DNA of 64,000 nucleotides from Ruditapes philippinarum (Eukaryota): positions 62,001-126,000 of the forward strand of contig NW_026864408.1 in NCBI RefSeq assembly GCF_026571515.1, written 5' to 3'. Below the pieces are notes generated by a model. It ran no database searches. It was not told the origin of the DNA and saw only the letters and a program-made list of their open reading frames with translations. Below, one piece after another: positions 54,201 through 64,000 of the stretch. The stretch's first letter is position 1. Every line of letters starts with the position of its first letter. The position numbers and the translations under genes are program-made.

Positions 54201-57200
54201 CTTCCAAAGTGCCCAAACTTGCCTATATATGAATATAAAGACTTGGCATTGACCAGAGGTACACCTAGGTCTTTATCATCTCCTGCTGGTAGTAACCATA
54301 TTCTATTTGAATTTTCTTTTTTTCAGCTATACTGACATTTGTTAACTGTTACAATGTGAAGTGGGCAACTCGAGTTCAAGATGTTTTCACTGTGGCCAAA
54401 ATCATCGCCTTGGTAATGATTATCATCACAGGGATTGTGAAATTTGTAACAAGTAAGTAAATTATTTGTTATTCAGTATTTGTTTATGAATTATATTTGT
54501 ATCCATTTAGGATTCTTCGTTTGATGAATTTTCATTCTAACCCATGGTGACTTGGTCAGTGCTGCAGGACTTAAAAGATACCATAACCTTACAGTTTTAG
54601 CAGTGTCTTTTTGGTACATATATTACACAGTACATATATAAACAGTTATAAACAAAACTTACCAGTAACTACATATTTCTGCGCCAAAAATTACTCAGTG
54701 GTCATTGCAATTCTTTGTATAAAATTAAGTATTTTTCAAATGTGTCTATTGTATTAGCTAGGCTTGAAAAATGGCAAACAATAAATTTTATTCAGTTAAT
54801 AATTTATTTGGATTTTTAAATAGTCAATTTACAATAATTAAAATGAGTGTATCTTGGGGAAATAATTTTTTCTAAAGTTACTTTGCATTGTCAGGTTTTG
54901 TCTAATAATCCCAAATATATGAGGTTTTTTTTGGCACAATAGTCTCTCAGTATTGTGCTGAGCGCTGATAATTGGAATGCTTGGTTAGGGGGGAGAGGTA
55001 GACTTCTGATTGGGAACCCCCTACCCCCCGAATTAACTGGGAAAAACCAGAATATTTTTTGTTCTGGAGTAAGTCTATTGAACTATTTGTTTATCACATT
55101 AAGAAACACAGCCTATTCTGCTAAGCATAAAATTTTGTTTTTGTATTATCTCAAAGCCTTTGTTCTTTCATCTGTGCCAAGATCCTACCATTAGGTTAGA
55201 TTTCGGACAAAGTTGATTCTCAAATTAAAAAATGTTTTATAGAATATATTGAAAACTTATCCCGAATAAAGCCATGACCTTTTATCTTTAACCCAAACAA
55301 AGTTGTTTATTTACATTTAGTATTATTGAAAATAATTGTTGGTCCCAAAAAGCTATAAAAATATTATTGGTCTTAAGGACTTTATGTATATTAGGTTTCA
55401 TTAAATAGTATCAATATTTACAAATAAACTATTGTAGCGTATTTGTAACACATTGTTATAATGTGGAGAATTGTGCCGTGTAGACTACGAATTATATAAT
55501 ACAAAGTTTAATTGAAAAGAAAAAGAATGCTTAATAGAAAACAGCTTATTTTGAAATAAATTCTTATGTGGCTTTACCTATTTGTTGTACAGTAAAAAAA
55601 AATTAAGAAAATTTCGAGGAGTTTTTAGACAAAAGTATTATGAAAATATACATGTACATGTACCCAGGTCTTTAACATATGTGTATTTCTCTATTAAATT
55701 TAGATGTTTATGAAGTCAGCTGTGCAAAAAATTTTGTAAGATTTAAAATATTTTAATATTTTTTATGTCCCATTAAAATTATTGATGTTTGATAACCATT
55801 CATTCCCCTTAGAAAATGAAATTTTATTCAGACCATTGGCATGTAGATTATTTGATGAATTAATTTGATCAAATTGAAGTAAAAAAAACTCCCTATTATC
55901 ATCCGATTTGTATCTTGTATGTGTCAATTAAGAAAAAAACTATCTTGTCTACCAATGCATAATGCATTTAAAGTTAATTTACAATGAACCTGAGTTTTTT
56001 GTATGTGTGAATTAAGAAGAAAAAAAACATCCTGTCCTATAAATTAATGCAAGTTCAAATTGATTTACAATGTACTGAGTGTTCATGTTTTTTTTGACAG
56101 ATGATCAAGTTGAAAGTTTTGAGGAGCCTTGGGAAGGTACAACAACAAATCTTGGCAGCATTGCTTTCTCGTTCTACTCCGGTCTCTTTTCATATGCAGG
56201 ATGGTAAGTGTCCATAACCCCTTTGCCTCCTGACGGCAACATATTTAATAACCTGTTCAAACAGTGCAGACCAAGATCAAGCCGACACCTTTGTGCAGAT
56301 CATTGTTTTCACTGTTCACTAATAAGTTAGTAGTGTGAAAAGGATTTAAATCACTACAGTGTTTGAGCAGTGCCTCTAAATGCTTTCAGAAGTTGTGGTT
56401 ACAATGTTGAAAAATATTGCTCTTTTCACAGATTCTTACATTTTTCATTTATTATCATAAATAAATATGTGTTAAGAGAATGAACTCTAGATGTCTGAAA
56501 GTTCATTTCTTAGAGTAAAAAGGTGAGATTTTAACATTATTGGAACATCACAGAACAACACAGTGGCAACAAACACAAATTGAATGGCAACAAAGCTGTT
56601 GCTTCTGGAAGTTTGACGCTGCCACTAAACAACGCCATCCCATAACACGAGAAACATCAATGTTGCTATAAAATTTTGTCATTGAAAGAAAAGTAGAAAT
56701 CTATATAAAGACAAGTGCAGAAATACAATTATAACTATTGATAACTAGCACCTGTGGATTCATTTAAAGCTTCACACATTTTTCAGAATCATTTTCAGAC
56801 ATTCTAACACAACCCGCATTTTGCCCTATTGAACATAGAAGAACAGAAAGTGTGTGTTATTATGCAACAGATGCACAGTTTGACGTTCTATATTTAGACG
56901 TGTGACGTAATCATTTTACACGTGACGTAACCACTAAAATCCGATGCGCTGAAAATAAGTACGAAAACAAATCAGGCGCAATTTTGCTTAACTAACAAGT
57001 ACGGCAACATTTATTTGTTGATGTGTTAGAATCGAAATAATATATCCAAATCAGTGATTTTATCGCTTGATAACATCACTGTTTGTCGGTCGGATGCGCA
57101 TCATTATATCACTCGGGCTACGCCCTCGTGAAATAATTCCTTGCATCTGAACTCCAAACAGTGATGTTATTGAGCGATAAAATCACTGTTTGGGATATAT

Positions 57201-60200
57201 TATTTCTTAAATAGTTTTGAACCAAGGGCCATAACTAGTATGAATTTTCACTAAATTATTTCCCTTTTTGAGCTTCAAGGCCTAAGTATAATGTTGTAGT
57301 ACAGTTTCATTATCATGAACCAAGAAAATATTCAATTGACCTATCTGTAGACTGGGGTTGTTATTTTAACTTTAAACTTGTCATAATAGAAAATGGGTTT
57401 TTTCGCAAAATGTTAATTTATTGAATAAAATTTTTTGACCAATTTGTCAATGTGATGGCAACCCACTGTTTCAAAAGAATAAATGGACAGTATTTTTATA
57501 AAGAAAGAAATTCAAGATATCAACTGCACAGTTTGATATCGGTCCTGACATGTTCGGTTAAGATTTTGTTATTGGTTCAGTTGCATCGACACTGAGTGTT
57601 AAACTCATGTGGTTACTTTGCAGGATTGAAGTTAGCAACTGTCCGCAGCTTTGATCACTAAATTCTCATGGAACTGAAATTTGAAAGACAAAATGAAGAG
57701 TTTTACATTACATTATCTTTATTACATTATGTCATCAGGGCGTAATAACGCCTATTAACAGGTTAACTCATTATATAAGCTAATAGGAGTTAAACCGTTT
57801 TTGCACTAAGGTGATGATTAGTTCTTTAGTTGTGGTCTACATTTTAGTCAACTGTCAGTTTATTTGAATATCCTTAGGAAATTTTATTTATATTTAGAAG
57901 CTTACTAGGTTTAGGCAAAAGTTATAGATGTAATTAAAACATTTTAAATGCTTCATATATGAGATCATTTTAATGTGGATATTTTGTAAATATTTTGTTG
58001 ATGAAGCAAATATTTTAAATGGTCTGACATAAAGTGAAATGATTTTAATGTTATTTTAATGTATAAGTTAACTTTAAAGGGAATAAATCCCTGCAAATTT
58101 TGTTTCATTTTGTATGAGTGCACATTTACATGTAACCTTTGTTATTATAAATATAAGTAAACAAGTAATTATAGGTAATTATTGATAAATCGGTGCATCA
58201 TTGATATTTATCATCCGATATCAAGCTATTTTTGTCTTGATATGCTTTGCGCTGAATCAATGATCTAGCACAACCATACTATAATTTTAACTGATAAATA
58301 TTAAATAAATTTTAATATTAAACAATGCACACAGTTCATAATTTGAAGTACATGTAGGCTAGGTCCATTTTAAGTTAAGATATATTTAAGTTCAATGGGT
58401 TAACTGTCAATGGGTTGTGGGGCAAAATAAGAGTTATAGCCTAATTTTGAATGGCCCGGTTGTCCTTTGATGACTGAAACAAAAATGTCCTGATTTATTT
58501 CCACTAGGACATTGAAGCCGTCACTGATCTGTCTGGTCAACGAGTTTAATGTAAAAGATCTATAGAAAATTTGAGTTTTTTATGACGATAAGATGTGGCT
58601 TGGGTGACAGGTTTTAAGGTTTTATATTTCAAGACGTAAATAATTGCGGACAGACAGTAATGTCTGACAGCAGGTATAGTGACTTTTGTAAATGTACAAT
58701 TATAAAGCCACAGGTATTTTCTTTTCTGAACAAATGACTTCAAAATTGTTTATTTTATGTTCAACAACAAACATAGGGTCATGTTCGCAAGTTGTGAAAG
58801 GTAATCCCAAGTGTTAGAATGCTAGGTTATTTAGATACCTTATCAACATCTTAAAACATTCTTTTACTTTGGTAAAATACAAAACAAACAAGATCTGGGT
58901 GTTGAAATGGGACCTATATTGACAATTATCGTGCAGTCAAAATAGTTTGTTTACATGCTATTCTCTAATGAACTTGTTACTTTAACCATGGCCTTTTCAA
59001 AAGATAGGAACAATAAGATTTTTTTCTACATTTGTGTGTGTGTATGATGAAATCAGGAAAATTTTGTCAACTGCACCTTTGAAATGTAATTTTTTTTACA
59101 TATATAAATGAAACATTAAGTAGCATACTACCTAACCAACATAAATTTAGTAAAATACCAAGTCAAGATAGCACATTAAAGACACCTCAAAATATTAAAG
59201 GTCAGTCACACAAACCCTCTCTGGACTTAGATTTTGCTTTACTCTTTCCATGCTATTTTTTTTTAGTAACTTGTCCTTCTTTCAATCTGAACAATAAAGG
59301 AAAATATTAACTCACTTATGAATTTCATGAAATATTTTGGCACATCTGGAGGCATGTAGCTTTAAAGCCTTGAGTCAGGAATGCATTAACCATTATTTAT
59401 TATTGAAACACATACAATTCAATTCAGTTAAACAACTTTTATCGTTTTTATTTTCAGGAACTACCTCAATTTTGTGACGGAGGAACTTAAAGATCCATAC
59501 AGGTATTGCAATTATTTTATATTCTGGCTAAATGTTGCAATGTATGTGGGCTTAGATTGTTGGTGTGTAGGTTCCTTCCATAGAACTTTACCCTTTAAGC
59601 TAAATGTTGCACTTTACCTTTATTTTAGGCTAAATGTTCCAAAGGCTACTGTGATAGCTTTCTTAGATTTTACAAAAATGACAGTATAAGGTTCTGGGCT
59701 GCAATTACTTTATTGTAACACTATTTCTTATTTGGTAAAGCGCCATCTGGTTTCCAAGTACAAGTACTCTGGTATAACACTGTGTGACATATGAGTTTAA
59801 TTTATGATTTGATTATTACATGTATTTGTTACTTTCTAATTAATTCCAAGTGCTTATAAATATCTTTAGTTATATTCAAGTTAAACTATTGCCAATCAAA
59901 ATTGTTCTCTTGTTTGGTTTGGCATTATGACACTGTAAGAAAATACGGCTGTAGACAGGATGAAAATTGTTATAAAAAGGTAAGGGCTCTTCAGTTATAA
60001 GTCTTTTTACTATTGCCAATCAAAACTGTTCTGTTGTTTACAAATACTCCTGTTTGGCATCAATATGGCACTTAGAGGAATACGACTGTAGACAGGTTGA
60101 AAATTGTAATATAAAAATGTAACGGCTCTTACAAGATATTTATTATCCTGATGAAGGTCTTGCAAGACTAAAACCGGTAGATCCTAGAATAAACCAGTTA

Positions 60201-63145
60201 CAAACCATCCTGATGTTTGATGTGTGTTCTCTCCTTCTCTTGATTTACTTGTTAAGATATTTATTAGATCGTTTATATGGCTTTTTACTGTTGTCAGGTA
60301 GGGATAGGAAAAAAAAATGTCTGCTTGTCATAGAGTGAAGTAAAAGGTCGGCACTAAATATTTAATTTAAAGGAACTCCACTGAGGTCAAAGGCCTAAAA
60401 AATGAAATTTGAATTTCTTACATAGATCAACTGGCTTACTCACAGTGGAGAAACTTAAACAAGAGGATATCAAAAGATGATTACGAAATATATATTAACC
60501 CATTACTTCATATACACGCCTTTTAACACCTTTTTCACCCCCCCCCCTTTTTTTGTTGTCTCAAATGATACAAAATGCCTTATTTAGACCCCAAACACTT
60601 GTTTTTGTTTGAGAAATGTTGTTAAAAAAGTGACCTCTTTTTCGGCGCGGCACCCCAACCAAAAGATACATCAGGGGGTTGCCAGAAGGGGGATGTGCCC
60701 AAGAAAATTTTGGACTTGTGAGAGGCTGTAAATGACCCAAGAATGATCATAAGGTAACGTGTAACCAACGCTGAAAAGCATTTGACTCTATCTCAATCCA
60801 TTGAGAAGTTGCAGCACTTTGAAATAAATTTTGATGGAAAAAATCAACGCAAAATAGTGATTTCTGGCAATTTTGAGATGTCCCCTCGTTGCCAAGGTAA
60901 CAGAAAATTTAAGCCTGAGCATGTTGTTGCAAGGGCAATGGTCCAGTCAACATTTGTGCCAAGTTTGATTAGTGTTGAAGCAGTTTTTATAGTATTATAG
61001 CAATTTGAACTTGTAACGGGAGACTTTTCAATAAAAACAGCCATTTTTCACAAAATGGTCATGAAGTAATGGGTTAAGAAAAAAGTGAAAACTTATATTT
61101 TTATGCTAGTCTGATCTAAAAGAAGGTAGTTTTTGTGAAATTAAATAAATGCACTTGGAAAAGTAGCTATTCCTTAATATTCATATTTAATAATACAGTA
61201 GCATTAAGTAAAGGTCAGAAAGTAATTATTGCTGTCGTTGATTACTGTAATAAATATGCCAGCTGCATCCATAAATGTTAGGCAAAAAAAAAATGTTATA
61301 TTTTACGTCCCGTACCTACCCTCTTATTTTTGGACTGCAGGCCTTAGTATTTTTATTAACATTTTTTCAATAAGTTTTCCTGACTATATGTCAAATTATA
61401 TTTAAAGAATATAAATATAAGTGAAGACCTATCGAGAATTTTTTATTAGAGGACCAGAAACAGAACTTTGTATCTTTTGGCCTAAGTACATGTAGGTTTT
61501 TTTATAAACATATATATTATGCTTATATTTAGACAAGAAATTAATGCTACCAGTGAGTTCATGTACATGTATGTTTTGGATAATTACATGTGTTAAGTTT
61601 ACATAGAACATATAAAAATTGTCAATTACCTGTTGTCCAATAAATTTAACAAATATATACAGAAAAATTATATAAGAAAATGTTTTACCAAATAGTTATG
61701 TGAGCTGTATGGAGGTCTGACATATAGGTTGTATTTTTCACAGGTTTTGAACAAAATTGTATAAATTTATGTATGCAATTGAATACCATATGTTATGCAA
61801 ATATACTGGCTATTAAAAATACATCTGTAACAATTTGGTGAATTATGATTTGTCAATTTATTATACATTAGCATTTAATCTTTAGCATTATTGGGACTAT
61901 AGAATTACTTTAAAAAATCCATGACAAAATATACATTTTTGTTTACATCTGTCTGTTGGTGCAGTATAGAACTCTTTATTCCAAATCAATGTTCATAGAT
62001 CATATAACCCTCCCAGTGAACATACATTTTTTTTCGATATTCAGTAAATGATAACAGTTAAAAATTGTAGAAGTATTTGTTTGCTAATTTTGAACAAAAA
62101 AAAATCTATTTGTAAACTGAATGAATGCCACTGTAATTAAAGCCATGTGCTTAGCCATTTAGCTTTTTATGTGTAGAGTATATTTTGATATATAGAGCAT
62201 TGTAGAGCGTTGGATATGTAAAGCATAAGATATGTAAAACATTAGATATATAGGGCATTAAATATGAAGACATTAGATATTTTTGGAGCATTTTTTATCA
62301 TTAGATATTACAGTATTTGGGTATCATTTTTATATGTGAGTATTTATATGTAAAGCTTGGAATGTAGACATGAGATATTAAAGGCATTTATATAAGAGCA
62401 TTGGGTGAGCATGAGATATAGATCATTAGATATGCAGATCATTAGATATGTAGAGCATTAGATATATAGAGCATTGGATATGTAGAGCATTGGATATATA
62501 GAGCATTAGATATGTAGAGCATTGGATATGTAGAGCATTGGATATATAGAGCATTGGATATATAGAGCATTGGATATATAGAGCATTGGATATATAGAGC
62601 ATTGGATATATAGAGCATTGGATATGTAGAGCATTAGATATATAGAGCATTAGATATAAAGCGTTGGATGTATAGAGCATTGGATGTACAAATCCTAGAT
62701 TTGAGAGTTTGTGTCATGAGTGCAGCACATGTGACAATTTGAATGTACAGAGTGCCATTAATTATCCAGCAGTGTTTCAAATGACTGATAAACTTGTTAC
62801 TTTCTTGTTTAAAGAAAGGTTGTCTATCAGAAACTCTGACTGTCCAATTTTGGGAATTGCTTGCTAATTTAGTAAGTGCTTGCTTATTTGGTAAGTGCTT
62901 TCTGGTTTCTGAAAGAAATGCTGTCAATAAAGTACTGGTGAACTAGCAGAGGAAAAACTAAAAAGTTGAGTATTTGTATAGATTATTGAATGATTGATTT
63001 AATGAATGATTTACATTTCAGAAATTTACCTCGAGCAATCTGGATATCCATTCCATTAGTGACAATCATTTATGTGCTGGCAAACATTGCATACTTTACT
63101 GTCCTTACACCACATGAAATGCTGATGTCAGATGCTGTAGCTGTT
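44829..63145 (+). CDS. SLC7 family L-type amino acid transporter light chain, gene B (minidiscs/LAT-like); exons 1-5, 3' part outside window
   Basis: Exons of 463/126/103/45/124 nt join in frame; [47 protein letters not shown]. Confidence 0.95.
45381..45423. promoter_or_regulatory. Two CARE/AARE (ATF4-C/EBP) motifs in intron 1 of gene B
   Basis: GTTTCATCA (45381-89) and GTTGCATCA (45415-23) both match TGATGnAAn on the minus strand. Confidence 0.5.
47842..47911. repeat. 21-bp tandem repeat, 3 copies
   Basis: AATTTTCTGTTGAAAATGTGC. Confidence 0.85.
48234..48473 (-). CDS. Small acidic + single C2H2 zinc-finger ORF (79 aa, possibly a first exon)
   Basis: [24 protein letters not shown] fits C-x2-C-x12-H-x4-H; acidic N-terminus; ends at a possible donor AAG/GTTAGA. 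Confidence 0.6.
   Translation of the reverse strand: MAYGKLDFVHFEDIDLDFFLGEFTASEFENSEDEDKISVKSTEDKRKTYICDQCDKSYNSVSGIREHLRNKHGLKHVKG
48505..48834 (-). mobile_element. tRNA-headed SINE (MetaSINE-like core) with atypical tail and poly(A)
   Basis: Head GGGGCCTCCGTGGCCGAG..GGTTCGATCC (A/B boxes), core GAGGAAGCCACCCAGCTGGCTTACGGAAGG, poly(A) tail, approximate TSD AAATTTCAT. Confidence 0.85.
48908..49245 (-). mobile_element. GC-rich retroposed insertion (unclassified LINE 3' end or SINE fragment)
   Basis: 15-bp direct repeats GAGTT(T/A)AAACTGTCA at 48893-48907 and 49246-49260; minus-strand 3' end ATAAATAAACTTAAAACTGAC. Confidence 0.65.
50177..53900 (-). mobile_element. hAT DNA transposon hosting the transposase; one terminus visible, the other approximate
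   Basis: CAGGGCTTCCACTAGG terminus at 50177 (hAT-like CAG start) followed by repeated GGAAGTC/GACTTCC subterminal motifs; no matching TIR or 8-bp TSD found on the other side. Confidence 0.65.
51337..53769 (-). CDS. hAT-superfamily transposase (ZNF862/C17orf113-like), 2 exons (53769-53517, 53126-51337), about 680 aa
   Basis: A phase-1 GT-AG intron (53516-53127) rejoins a TTF-type zinc finger ([28 protein letters not shown]). Catalytic D (ITDESTD), D (GSDGASVM), CxxH (HCMAHRL), RW, E (SVACERGFS) and the C-terminal hAT dimerisation region are present; no stops or frameshifts. Confidence 0.88.
54327..54452 (+). CDS. SLC7 gene B exon 2 ([20 protein letters not shown]...)
   Basis: 126 nt, tttcag acceptor and GTAAGT donor. 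Confidence 0.95.
56101..56203 (+). CDS. SLC7 gene B exon 3 (...[12 protein letters not shown])
   Basis: 103 nt, gacag acceptor and GTAAGT donor. Confidence 0.93.
56801..57210. mobile_element. Long-hairpin element, same architecture, different sequence
   Basis: IR ATTCTAACAC (56801) / GTGTTAGAAT (57023) abutting a hairpin at 57034-57206. Confidence 0.7.
59458..59502 (+). CDS. SLC7 gene B exon 4 ([14 protein letters not shown])
   Basis: 45 nt, ttttcag acceptor and GTATTG donor. Confidence 0.93.
59886..60130. repeat. About 120-bp imperfect tandem duplication
   Basis: ACTATTGCCAATCAAAA...CTGTAGACAGG...GGCTCTT occurs twice. Confidence 0.75.
60146..60253 (+). ncRNA. Degenerate minimal type I hammerhead ribozyme in a Penelope-like insertion
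   Basis: CTGATGA (60148-54), stem II GGTCTTGCAAGACT, AAAA in place of GAAA, CCGG palindromic stem III, TA cleavage site, then AATAAA; perfect 13-bp TSD AAGATATTTATTA. Confidence 0.75.
60499..61073. mobile_element. piggyBac-type MITE
   Basis: Perfect 13-bp TIR CCCATTACTTCAT / ATGAAGTAATGGG, TTAA on both sides. Confidence 0.85.
62190..62690. repeat. 18-bp minisatellite (TAGAGCATTGGATATATA)
   Basis: Homogeneous copies at 62430-62690, degenerate copies to the left. Confidence 0.9.
63022..63145 (+). CDS. SLC7 gene B exon 5 ([11 protein letters not shown]...SDAVAV)
   Basis: 124 nt, tttcag acceptor and GTAAGT donor. Confidence 0.95.
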
Positions 63146-64000
63146 GTAAGTATAACTCTTTATCTTTAAATCATTTAATACTGGCTTGAGTGGCAGTAAT
63201 GGAGAGACAATGATGCCAGGGTAGACTCAGGTAGTTCTGCAAATAGCGCTGTGCAGTCGGGCCTAACTCGACTGTTAGATAGTTGTAATTTATGTTTGGA
63301 TTTTGAAATCCTGAAACCTTGAGTCTGCTATCAGGATATTACCTCCTATGTTACCAGTTTAGACCAAGATCAGGTGATACATCCTGCCGTCTGATCATGG
63401 TCTGTAATGTTAACTTTTCAATCGGTTCATATTTTTAAATTTTCCTAAAAAATAATGAATGGTTTTGTCCAGATTGTAAGATGGACAAGTCCATTTAAGA
63501 TATTTAGTGTGTTTAGGATTAAATAAAAAATGGATTATTCTATGCAGCAGCAGCATATATGTCAGTAGTCACAGTTGGAAGTGAAAATTCTTGTGTCATT
63601 TAGTTACAGGAGCATATTTTTAATACATATGGTACATTTCAAATTTTGTCAAATTGATATTTTTAAGTTAAAAAAAAGGTTAACTTTTAAAGGTAGTCAA
63701 TATATATGTCTTAGAGGTCTCTTTTTGCAGTTTAAAAATGAAATATTGAATGTCTGAACTTAAGCTTTTTAAGTGTTCATTATTTATGTCAATAAATGAA
63801 ATCTATTTTTCACTGGCTAGTACTGGTTTTTGGCCGAGTTATTTATATACAGAAGCTATTAAGTGTCAACATTCATTTAATAGATTTTAATACTTGTAAA
63901 GTTGAGAGGGAAAAAATGTACTGCCACTTATTGTTGGCAGAATCACTTAAACTGGAAAACATTTATTATTATATTTACTAATATCGAGTGATTATCAATA

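Noticed and set aside
62426-62927. Repetitive ORFs (MLYISNAL...)
   Set aside because: Translations of the 18-bp minisatellite.

Overview
AT-rich, intron-rich animal genomic DNA. The repeat families (Helentron/HINE-type satellite carriers, tRNA-headed Meta-/V-type SINEs, palindromic MITEs) suggest a bivalve mollusc; this is an inference. The window holds two divergently transcribed SLC7 L-type amino-acid transporter (LAT) light-chain genes whose ATGs are about 3.8 kb apart. Gene A is on the minus strand and complete: 12 coding exons, 41053->2588, 1482 nt, 493 aa, all splice phases consistent. Gene B is on the plus strand: 5 exons from 44829 to 63145, continuing beyond the window. Intron 1 of gene B carries, antisense, an apparently intact spliced 680-aa hAT/ZNF862-type transposase with only one recognisable TIR, and a separate TIR-bounded element with an acidic/C2H2 mini-ORF and two nested retroposons. 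Other points of interest: recurrent ATF4-type amino-acid response elements (CAREs) in the introns of both genes, including a head-to-head pair; three tandem decoy copies of the exon-10 splice acceptor of gene A, all leading to stop codons; a TSD-flanked minimal Penelope-type hammerhead ribozyme decayed at a CpG; and several unrelated long-hairpin elements, one with tyrosine-recombinase-like site geometry. All coordinates were read by eye, no database searches were run, and family names for repeats and paralogues are from memory.
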